Shown: positions 15,924-26,700, counted from the first letter of the stretch. The stretch is 64,000 nucleotides of DNA from Candidatus Parcubacteria bacterium (GCA_037076615.1 AP029158.1:69470-133469); one strand, 5' to 3'. Notes: a model not told the origin generated them from the sequence alone. Program-made: numbers and translations.

Positions 15924-18554
15924 ATGAGTGCGAAAAAAAGAAAAAAATCTGCCTCCGCTAGTAAAAATAATAATAGCGATTATTTGGCTTTACCAAGCAT
16001 CCAGTTAAGTGACTCGGCCCGCCGCAGCTTAGGGATTGTTTTGGTTTTTGCCTTAGCTTTTATTAGTTTGCTGGGATTATTTGATTTATCAGGAGTAGTC
16101 GGTCAATTATTTTCTAAATGGCTATCTCTTATTTTTGGTTTGGGGCGCTGGTTAGTGCCGCTGCTTCTTTTCATCTGGGGCATGCTCTTAGTCAGCAATA
16201 AAAAATACGAAGTTAAGTTTACTGATTACTTAGGTGTCGTTTTGTTATTTATCTCCACGCAAACGCTTCTTCATTTTTTCCTGGAAAAAGATTTCTGGAA
16301 AGTGGCCGCTTCTGAAGGTCGCGGCGGCGGCTATATTGGTTACTGGTTAAGTGAAGGCTTTTTCTATCTCTTTGGTTTTTGGGGCGGAGTTATAATTTTA
16401 TTTTTATTATTCTTAAGTTCTTTAGTTTTAGTTTTTAATACCTCTTTATCAAAAATAATCGGCGGCGAAAGTTTCTTGGCTAAAATTTTTAGACCAGTTA
16501 TTAATTGGTTTCAAGGCGCTTTTGATCGTGACGAAAAGAACCGTCGTCAAGATGTAGGCTTGGAAACGGAGGAGGAGGAAGAGGAAGAAAGTTTTATTGA
16601 ACAAACCCGCAATGAAGTTTTGGGAGCTTGGACCGCTAAAGAGTTGACGGGCGAAAAAGACGCTTCGGCGCCGACTGCCGCCGTTCGTAAAAAAGATGCT
16701 CCGAAAGTTCAGGAAAAAATTACTTGGCCTAAGAAAAAAATAAAAATTGATCTACCGATTGAACTGTTGAATCATAAAACTGGTCAAGCGATTGGTGGTG
16801 ACACAGAAGCCAATGCCAAAAAAATTAAGAAGACCTTGGAGAACTTTGGGATCGCGGTCGAAATGGGGGGGACAAAAGTTGGCCCGACGGTTACCCAATA
16901 TACTTTTAAGCCGGCCGAAGGTGTTAAGCTTTCTAAAATTACGACTTTAACTAACGACCTGTCTTTGGCTTTAGCGGCGCATCCTTTAAGAATTGAAGCG
17001 CCAATCCCTGGCAAATCTTTGGTCGGCGTGGAGGTGCCTAACAAAAGCAAGGCGATTGTCGGCTTGCGGGAGATTTTAGAGGATGACGTTTTTCGGAAGC
17101 GCAAACATAATATGATGATTGCTCTCGGTAAAGATGTCGCCGGTACTTCTTGGATGTATGATCTGACTCGTGCCCCTCACTTGCTCGTGGCCGGGGCGAC
17201 TAACTCGGGGAAATCCGTTTGTTTAAATACGATTATTCTAAGCTTGCTCTATCAAAATAATCCAGAAGATTTACGTTTCATCATGGTTGATCCAAAAAGA
17301 GTAGAGCTTCCGGTTTACAATGGTATTCCGCATCTATTGGTGCCGGTGATTACCGAAGTTTCAAAAACGATTAATTCTTTAAAGTGGTGTTTGAACGAAA
17401 TGAATAACCGCTACGACTTATTAAATAAGAGTGGTAAGAAAAATATTCAAAGTTACAATGCGACCTCTTCTGAAAAATTACCCTACATTGTTTTCATCAT
17501 TGATGAGTTGGCCGACTTTATGATGACCGCTGGTAAAGAAATGGAAGCGGCAATTATCCGTTTAGCGCAGATGTCGCGCGCCGTCGGTATCCACCTCATC
17601 TTAGCAACGCAACGCCCCTCGGTGGATGTTATTACCGGTTTAATCAAAGCCAACATCCCGGCCCGGATCGCTTTTTCGGTGGCCTCAGTGGTTGATTCCA
17701 AAACCATTTTAGATATGAGTGGTGCCGAAAAACTTTTAGGTCAAGGCGATATGCTTTTATCGACGGCTGAACTTTCTAAACCAAAAAGAATTCAGGGGGC
17801 CTATGTGAGCGATGAGGAGATTAATGACATTGTTAATTATATTAAGGAACGCAGTGGTGAAGCCGAATATCTAGAGGGTGTTACCGATCGACAAAAAGTT
17901 GGTGGCGTTGCTGGCGTTGGTTTGGATGGTAATTATGGTGATGAAGATGAGTTAATTGCCGAGGCTCGAGAAATTATTATGAATGCCGGGCGCGCCTCAA
18001 CCTCTTTACTGCAGCGCCGCCTCTCAATCGGTTATGGCCGGGCGGCGAAGATCTTAGACTCTTTAGAAGAACAAGGTTTTGTCGGCCCCTCTAACGGTTC
18101 CAAACCGCGCGAAGTCTTAGTGTCTAAAGAGCAATTTGCGCTCGGTGTTGCCGGTGTTAGTTTGCATGATAAAAAAACTAGCAATATTCCCGATTCCTAT
18201 TTAGATGAAGAGGAGGGTGATGATGGCGTTTTAGATTTTGGTGAAACTGAAGACGAAGAGGTTGAAGAAGAAGAGGAGGAAAATATAACAGAGGTGGTGC
18301 CTGATTTTTTATTAGATGATGATGGCCCTGAAGATGAAATTATTAGTGAAGAAGAAATCTTAGATGATATTCGCGAACAAGTGGCAGAAATGGCGGTTGA
18401 GGAAACGGAAGAGGAGAGTGATTTAGATTCCGAATCAGCTGGAGAGTCCGAAGCCGGAGCAGCGGAGAATAAGGGGGAAATTGAAGAGAAAAAAGAAAAG
18501 TCAGAAGGACCCACTTATCACCTTGATGACGATGATACTTTTTTTGCCCGCTAA
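15924..18554 (+). CDS. ftsK: DNA translocase FtsK/SpoIIIE with acidic C-terminal tail
   Basis: It has N-terminal TM helices, Walker A GATNSGKSV, Walker B IIDELADFMM, and the gamma winged-helix SLLQRRLSIGYGRAAKILDSLEEQGFVG. About 140 further residues follow, mostly D/E. Confidence 0.9.
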   Translation: MSAKKRKKSASASKNNNSDYLALPSIQLSDSARRSLGIVLVFALAFISLLGLFDLSGVVGQLFSKWLSLIFGLGRWLVPLLLFIWGMLLVSNKKYEVKFTDYLGVVLLFISTQTLLHFFLEKDFWKVAASEGRGGGYIGYWLSEGFFYLFGFWGGVIILFLLFLSSLVLVFNTSLSKIIGGESFLAKIFRPVINWFQGAFDRDEKNRRQDVGLETEEEEEEESFIEQTRNEVLGAWTAKELTGEKDASAPTAAVRKKDAPKVQEKITWPKKKIKIDLPIELLNHKTGQAIGGDTEANAKKIKKTLENFGIAVEMGGTKVGPTVTQYTFKPAEGVKLSKITTLTNDLSLALAAHPLRIEAPIPGKSLVGVEVPNKSKAIVGLREILEDDVFRKRKHNMMIALGKDVAGTSWMYDLTRAPHLLVAGATNSGKSVCLNTIILSLLYQNNPEDLRFIMVDPKRVELPVYNGIPHLLVPVITEVSKTINSLKWCLNEMNNRYDLLNKSGKKNIQSYNATSSEKLPYIVFIIDELADFMMTAGKEMEAAIIRLAQMSRAVGIHLILATQRPSVDVITGLIKANIPARIAFSVASVVDSKTILDMSGAEKLLGQGDMLLSTAELSKPKRIQGAYVSDEEINDIVNYIKERSGEAEYLEGVTDRQKVGGVAGVGLDGNYGDEDELIAEAREIIMNAGRASTSLLQRRLSIGYGRAAKILDSLEEQGFVGPSNGSKPREVLVSKEQFALGVAGVSLHDKKTSNIPDSYLDEEEGDDGVLDFGETEDEEVEEEEEENITEVVPDFLLDDDGPEDEIISEEEILDDIREQVAEMAVEETEEESDLDSESAGESEAGAAENKGEIEEKKEKSEGPTYHLDDDDTFFAR

Positions 18555-18566
18555 GATAAAGACAAG

Positions 18567-18593
18567 AAAAGCGTGGCGCGAGCGCGCTTTTTT
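18567..18593 (+). terminator. candidate rho-independent terminator after ftsK
   Basis: aaaagcgtg-gcgcgag-cgcgctttt forms a stem of about 9 bp including one G-U pair, with a 7-nt loop. A T6 run ends at 18593. Confidence 0.45.
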
Positions 18594-18635
18594 AAAATTT
18601 GCCAGATTGGTATATAATTGAGAAACTGTAAGCAT

Positions 18636-20054
18636 ATGAATTTCTTAAAAAAACTTATTCCCAAAAAAATATTTAAAGCGATTCAGCCTTTGTACCATTA
18701 TTTGATGGCGGCTTTAGCGGCCGCTTGGTATCGCTATCCGAGTCGCAATCTTATCGTTATTGGTGTTACGGGCACTACTGGTAAAACCTCAACCGTTTAT
18801 TTAGTGGCCAAGGTTTTAGAATCAGCCGGCTATAATGTTGGTTATACTTCAACGGCCATGTTTGATGATGGTAAAAGAGAGTGGCTTAATGATAAAAAGA
18901 TGACGATGCCGGGCCGCTTTTTTGTGCAAAAGATGCTTCGCCGGATGGTAAAAAATCGTTGCCAGTATGCCATCGTGGAAACAACTTCAGAAGGAATTGT
19001 TCAGTTCCGTCATAAATTTATCAATTATGATACTTTAATTTTTACCGGTTTATATCCGGAGCACTTAGAAAGCCACGGTGGCTTTGAGAATTATAAAGAA
19101 GCCAAGGGGCGCTTATTTGCCACTTTAAAAAATAGTCGCCCCAAATACGTTGACGATCATAAAGGAATTGTTCACCCAGCATCAGCACTGAAAAAATTAG
19201 ATTATACCCGCGTGAAGAAAACTGTTATCATTAATGGCAACGATGAGTACGCTCCTTTATTTTTAAATTTTTGGAGCGAAGAGCAATTTATTTATTCCTC
19301 TCAGAATTCACTGGACCCGGAATTGTATGGCGGTTTAGATAGCAAAATTTTACACAATAGTCAGTTCTTTCAATATAAAGAAGTAGAAGAGAAATCAGAA
19401 GGGGTGTCTTTTTCCGTGGCCGAGCAAAGAATAAATTTAAGGCTACTAGGCGGCTTTAATGTGGAAAATGCCTTAAACGCTGCTCTGACCGCTTTAGGCC
19501 AAGGCGTTAGCTGGTCGGAAATTAAAAAAGGTTTAGAGGGCGTGACTTCGTTATCCGGAAAACTGGAGCGGATTGATTTAGGGCAAAACTTTACCATTAT
19601 TGTTGACTATTCTTTTGAGCCCCGCGCGCTCCAAAAAATGTATAGCACTATTCAAATTATTCCTCACCAAAAAGTGATTCATGTCCTTGGTTCTTGTGGT
19701 GGCGGACGCGATAAAGCCCGGCGACCAATTTTGGGACGCTTAGCTGGGGATAATGCTGATTATGTAATCATTACCAATGAAGATCCTTATGATGAAGATC
19801 CGCGAGCGATTATTGAAGAAGTGGCCACTGGGGCCGAGGCCTCGGGAAAGATTCTTGACCAGGATTTGTTTTTAGTTGACGATCGGCGCGAAGCGATTAA
19901 AAAAGCACTATCTTTAGCGGAAAAAGATGATCTAGTGTTAATTACCGGCAAGGGGGCGGAGCAGTATATTTGTTTAGCGGATGGTAAAAAAGTCCCTTGG
20001 GATGATAGATGTATTGTTCGTGAGGAGCTTAATTCGCTTAATTTAGGTAAATAA
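18636..20054 (+). CDS. Mur ligase family protein, MurE-like (UDP-MurNAc-L-Ala-D-Glu:diamino acid ligase) with short N-terminus
   Basis: The P-loop GVTGTTGKTS sits at about aa 43-52. Other motifs are ETTSEG, TGLYPEHLESHGGFENYKEAKGRLF, and the C-terminal LITGKGAEQY. The position of the DAP-specific DNPR motif reads EDPY (ITNEDPYDEDPRAII). The start is taken at ATG 18636. Confidence 0.7.
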   Translation: MNFLKKLIPKKIFKAIQPLYHYLMAALAAAWYRYPSRNLIVIGVTGTTGKTSTVYLVAKVLESAGYNVGYTSTAMFDDGKREWLNDKKMTMPGRFFVQKMLRRMVKNRCQYAIVETTSEGIVQFRHKFINYDTLIFTGLYPEHLESHGGFENYKEAKGRLFATLKNSRPKYVDDHKGIVHPASALKKLDYTRVKKTVIINGNDEYAPLFLNFWSEEQFIYSSQNSLDPELYGGLDSKILHNSQFFQYKEVEEKSEGVSFSVAEQRINLRLLGGFNVENALNAALTALGQGVSWSEIKKGLEGVTSLSGKLERIDLGQNFTIIVDYSFEPRALQKMYSTIQIIPHQKVIHVLGSCGGGRDKARRPILGRLAGDNADYVIITNEDPYDEDPRAIIEEVATGAEASGKILDQDLFLVDDRREAIKKALSLAEKDDLVLITGKGAEQYICLADGKKVPWDDRCIVREELNSLNLGK

Positions 20055-20086
20055 AACCACTGTGGATAACTTGTTTATTAGTAGAA

Positions 20087-20115
20087 TTGACATAAGCTAG
20101 AAAGCGTTCTATAAT
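20087..20115 (+). promoter_or_regulatory. consensus sigma70 promoter upstream of rpoB
   Basis: TTGACA (20087-20092), an exact 17-nt spacer, then TATAAT (20110-20115). Both hexamers match the consensus perfectly. It lies about 220 nt upstream of the rpoB ATG. Confidence 0.65.
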
Positions 20116-20272
20116 AGCTCTACAATTTTATTTAAAGCAAAAAATGGATAGATACGGTGATACGGATAAAAAAGCTCCCAAACCGTTTTTTTTGCTGTTT
20201 TTTACATTATTTTGTAAAAATAATTTACAGCTATCACAGTGAGTTGCCTCTTCATCATCAATTAATTTTTTA

Positions 20273-20310
20273 GATCTTAAGCTCTGCCCTGTAAAGCTTG
20301 AGATTTTTTT
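20273..20310 (+). terminator. terminator-like hairpin (possible attenuator) in the rpoB leader
   Basis: 5' arm (g)atcttaagct (20273-20283) pairs with 3' arm agcttgagat(t) (20295-20305). The stem is about 10-11 bp with G-U wobbles and an 11-nt loop. The T-run 20304-20310 lies 28 nt before the rpoB ATG. Confidence 0.4.
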
Positions 20311-20337
20311 GTTGTTAACTAATTTCTTGCCAATATT

Positions 20338-23300
20338 ATGCCTAAGACATCAAGCGTTGGAGAGCGCCTAGACGCGCGCCGCTTTTTTAAGAACCGTCAG
20401 GAGGTAATGCCGATGCCCGACCTGATAGAAATTCAGAAGGACTCCTATAAATGGTTTTTAGATGAGGGGCTAGCGGAATTATTTGAAGAAATTAATCCAA
20501 TCACGGACTTTATCGGTCGCGATTTGGAACTTTACTTTGAAGATTATTATTTAGATGACGCCAAGTTTAGCGAACAAGAAAGTCGGGCCAAAAACATTAC
20601 TTACGAAGCCCCGCTTCGCGTAAAAACCAGGTTAGTTAATAAAAAGACTAATCAGGTCAGTAGCCAGGAGGTTTATTTGGGGGATTTTCCCTTAATGACC
20701 GACCAGGGCACTTTTATTATCAACGGCATTGAGCGGGTCGTGGTTTCACAGCTCATTCGTTCGGCCGGGGTAATGTTTACCGCTGATTTTATTAAAGGGA
20801 AAAAATGCTACGGAGCAAAAATTATCCCTAATCGCGGTGCTTGGCTAGAAATTGAAACGGATATCAATAAGGTTATTTGGGTTCGCATTGATCGTAAGCG
20901 TAAGGTGGCCGTAACTTCACTCTTGCGCGCTTTTGGCTATGAAACTGATGAGGAACTGCAAGCCTTGTTTAAAGATGTTGATTTAGTAAAGAATGATGAT
21001 GAGCCCACTTTTATCCAAGCGACAATTGACAAGGATGTGGCCGTTAACGAGGCGGAGGGGTTACAAGAAGTCTATCGCCGCATTCGTCCGGGAGATTTAG
21101 CATCGGTTGATAATGCCCGCCAATTGATTCATTCGATGTTCTTCCGTTTTGATCGCTATGACTTTGGTCGTGTCGGTCGTTATAAATTAAATCGTCGTTT
21201 CAATCTAAATTTAGAAAATACTCGCGAGAATCGAATTCTCCGCAAGGAAGATTTAGTTTTGATTGTTAAAGAGGTGATCCGTTTAAATATTACTAAGGAA
21301 CCGGAAGACGATATTGATCACTTAGGGAATCGCCGCGTTCGTGCTATCGGTGGTTTAATTCAAACTCGTTTCCGAGTTGGTTTAGCGCGCATGGAAAGAA
21401 TCATTAAGGATAAGATGTCAACGACCGATATCTCCGCTTTAACCGCCACTAAGCTGGTTAACGCTCGACCGATTATTGGCGTGATTAAAGAGTTTTTCAT
21501 GTCGTCGCAATTATCCCAATTCATGGATCAAACCAATCCTTTGGCCGAATTGGAACATAAGCGTCGTCTCTCGGCGATGGGTCCGGGCGGCTTGACTAGG
21601 GAACGCGCCGGTTTTGATGTTCGTGATGTACACTCTACTCACTATGGACGTATCTGTCCGATTGCCACTCCGGAAGGTCCGAATATCGGTCTAGTCGGAC
21701 ACTTAGCAACTTATGCTAAATTAAATAGTTACGGCTTTTTAGAAACTCCGTATCGCCGCGTTAATCATACGAAGAGCGGTAGTTTTGTTACCTCCGAGAT
21801 CGTTTATTTAGATGCCTTTGAAGAAGAAAAATATATTACCGCCGATGCTACTTTACCGATAGATGAGAAAGGAAAAATTTCCGTTTCTCGCTTTGAGGTG
21901 AGAAAAAATGGCAACCCCGGAATGGCCGATGCTGATCAAATTGATTTTGTGGGTATTGCTGCTAATCAAATTATTTCTGTGGCCACCTCCTTGATCCCGT
22001 TTATGGAACATAATGATAGTCAAAGATCTTTGATGGGTACAAACATGCAACGTCAGGCGGTGCCCTTAATTAAGACCGAAGCGCCAATCGTGGGCACCGG
22101 TATTGAGGCGCGTGCAGCCCGCGACAGTGGTCACCTAATCTTAGCTAATGAAGCCGGCACCATTACTCGGGCCGATGGTTTAGAAATTGATTTACAAACT
22201 AAAAAGGGGCAGGTCATTAAATATCCTTTAGATAAATTTGTCCGCTCTAATTCTTCAACCTGTATTAACCAGCATCCAGTTGTTTCCGTAGGGGAGAAGG
22301 TAAGCGCCGGTCAAATTTTGTCGGACGGGCCTTCCATTGACAATGGAGAGTTATCTTTAGGACGCAATGTTTTAGTCGCCTTTATGACCTGGGAAGGTTA
22401 TAACTATGAAGATGCGGTGATTATTTCCGAGCGTTTAGTTCGTGAAGATGTTTTCTCTTCCATCAATATTGAAAATTACACAATTGATGTTCGCGATACC
22501 AAGCTGGGTCCGGAAGTCATCACTAACGACATTCCTAATATCAGTGAGGAAAAATTAAAGAACTTGGATGAGGACGGTATTATCCGGATTGGCGCCGAAG
22601 TTTCTTCCGGTGATATTTTAGTCGGAAAAATTACGCCCAAAGGAGAAACCACCTTATCGGCGGAAGAAAAATTATTACGCGCCATTTTCGGTGAAAAAGC
22701 TAAAGATGTTCGCGATTCTTCTCTCTACTTAGAGCATGGCGAGCACGGCAAAGTTGTCGATGTTAAAGTGTTCTCCCGTGAGGGTGGCGATAAATTATCT
22801 GCTGGGGTTTTAAAATCCATTCAGGTGTCTGTTGCTAATCTGCGCAAGATTCAAGTCGGTGACAAGATGTCTGGCCGACACGGTAATAAGGGGGTTATTT
22901 CCAAGATTGTGCCTGATGAGGATATGCCTTATTTAGAAGACGGCACTCATGTTGATGTTATTTTGTCGCCGCTCGGAATTATCTCTCGTATGAACTTGGG
23001 GCAACTGCTGGAGACTCACTTAGGTTTAGCTGCTCATAAATTGGGCTATCGCGCCGCCACCCCCGCTTTAGACGGTATTTCCGAGGCGCAGATTAAAGAA
23101 GAGTTAAAAAAAGCGGGCTTACCCGAGGACGGTAAAGTTGTTCTCTATGATGGTAAAACCGGCTTGCCTTATGATAATGAAATTACGGTCGGTTATAAAT
23201 ATATGCTTAAACTTAACCATATGGTTGAGGATAAGATTCACCAGCGCTCGATTGGTCCTTACTCTTTAATTACTCAGCAGCCTTTGGGTGGTAAGGCACA

Positions 23301-23694
23301 ATTTGGCGGTCAACGTTTTGGGGAAATGGAAGTGTGGGCCCTTGAAGGTTATGGTGCGGCGCACACACTTCAGGAAATGCTAACCATTAAATCGGATGAT
23401 GTTCCCGGTCGTTCTAAGGCTTACGAAAGCATTATTAAGGGTGAGACGATAGAAAAATTAAACGTCCCGGAATCCTTTAACGTCTTGATTCGCGAGCTGA
23501 AAGGTTTAGGTTTGGATGTGGAGCTTTTAAGCGAAGAAGGAACGGCCGATGAGGTGATTTCTTCGGAGGATGAATTTTTGGCGGCCACTGAGCCGGCGAG
23601 TGAGACTGAAGAAACGGTCGCGGCCACAGAAGAGTCAGAGTCGACTGACACTCCGGCTGACGAAGAAAAAGCAGCCGCCGAAGACGCGGCCTAA
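20338..23694 (+). CDS. rpoB: DNA-directed RNA polymerase subunit beta
   Basis: 1118 aa with conserved blocks: NGIERVVVSQLIRS, GPGGLTRERAGFDVRDVH, GDKMSGRHGNKGVISKI and FGEMEVWALEGYGAAHTLQEMLT. The C-terminal tail is acidic. Confidence 0.97.
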   Translation: MPKTSSVGERLDARRFFKNRQEVMPMPDLIEIQKDSYKWFLDEGLAELFEEINPITDFIGRDLELYFEDYYLDDAKFSEQESRAKNITYEAPLRVKTRLVNKKTNQVSSQEVYLGDFPLMTDQGTFIINGIERVVVSQLIRSAGVMFTADFIKGKKCYGAKIIPNRGAWLEIETDINKVIWVRIDRKRKVAVTSLLRAFGYETDEELQALFKDVDLVKNDDEPTFIQATIDKDVAVNEAEGLQEVYRRIRPGDLASVDNARQLIHSMFFRFDRYDFGRVGRYKLNRRFNLNLENTRENRILRKEDLVLIVKEVIRLNITKEPEDDIDHLGNRRVRAIGGLIQTRFRVGLARMERIIKDKMSTTDISALTATKLVNARPIIGVIKEFFMSSQLSQFMDQTNPLAELEHKRRLSAMGPGGLTRERAGFDVRDVHSTHYGRICPIATPEGPNIGLVGHLATYAKLNSYGFLETPYRRVNHTKSGSFVTSEIVYLDAFEEEKYITADATLPIDEKGKISVSRFEVRKNGNPGMADADQIDFVGIAANQIISVATSLIPFMEHNDSQRSLMGTNMQRQAVPLIKTEAPIVGTGIEARAARDSGHLILANEAGTITRADGLEIDLQTKKGQVIKYPLDKFVRSNSSTCINQHPVVSVGEKVSAGQILSDGPSIDNGELSLGRNVLVAFMTWEGYNYEDAVIISERLVREDVFSSINIENYTIDVRDTKLGPEVITNDIPNISEEKLKNLDEDGIIRIGAEVSSGDILVGKITPKGETTLSAEEKLLRAIFGEKAKDVRDSSLYLEHGEHGKVVDVKVFSREGGDKLSAGVLKSIQVSVANLRKIQVGDKMSGRHGNKGVISKIVPDEDMPYLEDGTHVDVILSPLGIISRMNLGQLLETHLGLAAHKLGYRAATPALDGISEAQIKEELKKAGLPEDGKVVLYDGKTGLPYDNEITVGYKYMLKLNHMVEDKIHQRSIGPYSLITQQPLGGKAQFGGQRFGEMEVWALEGYGAAHTLQEMLTIKSDDVPGRSKAYESIIKGETIEKLNVPESFNVLIRELKGLGLDVELLSEEGTADEVISSEDEFLAATEPASETEETVAATEESESTDTPADEEKAAAEDAA

Positions 23695-23716
23695 AAAATA
23701 AAAAATTTATTATTAT

Positions 23717-26700
23717 ATGTTAAATCCGATTAAAACTAGCGACTTCGATGCCATCAGACTTAAACTCGCTTCTCCGGAAGAAATTTTAAGCTGGTCGCAT
23801 GGTGAAGTTACTAAGCCGGAAACGATTAACTACCGCACCCAAAAACCAGAAAAAGATGGTTTGTTTTGCGAAAAGATTTTTGGTCCGACGAAAGACTGGG
23901 AGTGTGCTTGCGGTAAGTATAAAAAAATCCGCTACAAAGGCATTGTTTGCGATAAGTGCGGCGTTGAAGTAACTCGCAGTGTTGTCCGCCGTGAACGCAT
24001 GGGGCACATTGAGCTCCAAATTCCTTGCACCCATATTTGGTTTTTGCGCGGGATATCGTCTAAAATTGGCCTACTTTTAAACCTCGGGATTCAGTCCCTA
24101 GAAAAAGTTATTTATTTTGCCAGTTTTATTGTTACCTCGGTTGATGAGGATTTAAAGGAGGCCACCATTGAACAGATCAAGCAAGAATATAAATCGAAGC
24201 GCAAGAATATTGATAGCGATTATAAGGAGGCCTTAAAAAGATTTAAGGAGGCCCCGAAAGATGGTGAAGATGAAAAAAGTTTAGCCGCCAACCATAATGA
24301 TCGCGTTGCGACCTTAGATGAAGATTTTGCGGCGACCTTAAAAGAATTAAAAGATTTAAAACCGCTCTTAGTTATTTCGGAGCAACAGTATCAGAATTTA
24401 AGTTTAAAGTTTGGTCATATTTTTGAAGCCGGAATCGGTGCGGAAGCAATCAGAGATTTGCTGTCAAAAATAGATTTAGAAAAAAGTGTCACTAAACTAG
24501 AAGCGAAGTTTGAAACGGCCCTAGAATCCAAAAAGGAAAAGATGACTAAACGGCTTAAACTTTTAAAGAGTTTAGCCAATAATAATATCCGTCCCGAGTG
24601 GATGATCGTGACCACCTTGCCAGTGGTGCCACCGGATTTACGACCGATGGTCGCTTTAGATGGTGGTCGCTTTGCCGCTTCTGATTTAAATGATTTATAT
24701 CGCCGTGTTATCAACCGCAATAATCGCTTAAAGCAACTGATGGATCTTAATGCTCCGGAAGTTATTTGCCGCAACGAAAAGCGGATGTTGCAAGAAGCGG
24801 TGGATGCTTTAATTGATAACTCCGCGCGCCACAGTAAAACCGTGACCGCTTCCACCGGACAAAAGCGCCAGTTAAAATCTTTAGCTGATGCTCTTAAGGG
24901 TAAGCAAGGGCGTTTCCGCCAAAACTTATTAGGTAAGCGCGTTGACTACTCCGGTCGTTCCGTCATCGTGGTTAACCCGAAACTTAATTTAGATGAGTGC
25001 GGTTTGCCGAAAATTATGGCCTTGGAATTATTCAAGCCCTATATTATCGCGGAATTAATTAAGCGCGAAGTGGTGCACAATGTTCGCAGCGCTTCTCGCT
25101 ATATTGAAGCGGGGCACGATGAGGTTTGGGATATTTTAGAAGAAACGGTGGCGGACGCTTTCGTTTTGTTAAACCGCGCTCCCACCTTGCACCGCCTTGG
25201 TATTCAAGCTTTTAAGCCGGTGTTAATTGAGGGTAAAGCGATTCAGATTCATCCGTTGGTTTGTACCGCTTTTAATGCTGACTTTGATGGCGACCAAATG
25301 GCTGTTCATGTTCCTCTGACTAAAGAGGCGCGACGCGAAGCTGAAGAAATAATGTTATCCTCACACAACCTGTTAAAGCCGGCGACTGGGGAACCGATTG
25401 TCACTCCATCACAAGATATTATTTGGGGGGCTTATTATATTACTTTTGAAGATAAAGAATCGGCCAAGCGTCCGGATAAAGAATTGCGTTATTTTTATGA
25501 CGCCGATGAAGCCAACTTGGCTTACAGTAATAACTATATTGGTTTACACGAAACTATTTTAGTTAATTGGTCAGGGCAACGCCTGCGCACGACCGTGGGT
25601 CGCTTAATCTTTAATTTAATTCTGCCGGAAAAATTACGCTTCGTGAATGAAGTGGTTAATAAAGGAAAAATTAAAGACTTAATTAAAGATTGTTTGCGCT
25701 GGTACAGCGAGGAAGAAACCGTTAAATTTATTGACGACTTAAAAAATCACAGCTTTGCCTTTATTACTAAATCCGGTCTTTCTTGGGGCTTCGGTGATTT
25801 GCCGGACATTAAGGAGAAAGATGTTTTAATTGAAGAGGCGACAAAAAAAGTTGACTTGATTCAGGAGCAGTATGAAGAGGGTTTACTCACTGACAGTGAA
25901 CGCTACGCTAAGGTAATTGAAGAGTGGACGAACACTAAAGATCAGATTGCTGATATCTGTAAGGCCAGCCTTACTAATTCCTTGCCGGTATTTTCCATGA
26001 TTGATTCGGGGGCTCGTGGTTCTTGGGCGCAGCCGGTACAGATTTTAGGTATGAAGGGGCTGGTAACTTCGCCGTCGGGAGCCATTATTGAACTGCCGGT
26101 TAAAGGTAACTTCAAAGAAGGTTTTGGGGTTTTGGAATACTTCTTCTCTACCCACGCCACCCGTAAAGGTTTATCGGATACCGCTTTAAGAACCGCTAAC
26201 GCTGGTTACTTAACTCGTCGTTTAGTTGATGTGGCTCAAGATGTTATTGTGGCCGAAGATGATTGCGGCGATACCGAAGGCTTTTTAATTACACGCGCGG
26301 AGGCTGATAAAAACGGTGAAGACTTTTTCAAGAAAATTGGTGGTCGTTATTTAGCTGCCGATCTTTTAGACGGCAAGGGCAAGAAAATTATTGCCGCTGG
26401 TGAAATTTTAGATGAAAAAGCGATTCTCTTAGCAAAGGAAAAGGGTGTTACTGAGGCCAATATTCGCAGTGTTCTCAGTTGCCATCTCCATAAGGGGGTT
26501 TGTGTTAAATGTTACGGTAATGACTTAGCTTACAATAAACCGGTTAAGTTAGGCGCTACTGTTGGTATTATTGCTGCTCAGTCGATTGGCGAACCGGGAA
26601 CCCAGCTGACGATGAGAACTTTCCACACTGGTGGTGTGGCTGGGTCTGATGATATTACTCAAGGTTTGCCTCGCGTTGAAGAAATTTTTGAAAGCCGAAC

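Noticed and set aside
20061-20069. Perfect DnaA box (TGTGGATAA, complement of TTATCCACA) 18 bp upstream of the rpoB promoter -35
   Set aside because: I could confirm only one consensus box. Nearby matches (cggataaaa, tggatagat) are weak. There is no AT-rich unwinding element, dnaA or dnaN context, so this is not an origin. A regulatory role is possible but unsupported.
24415-24855. 146-aa antisense ORF inside rpoC. Similar shadow ORFs occur inside polA (8350-8760), ftsK (16784-17104, 18197-18514), murJ (30106-30507) and the giant gene (50130-50525).
   Set aside because: All are fully nested antisense to strongly supported conserved genes. They have low-complexity or odd composition and no start context. 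I treat them as frame shadows.
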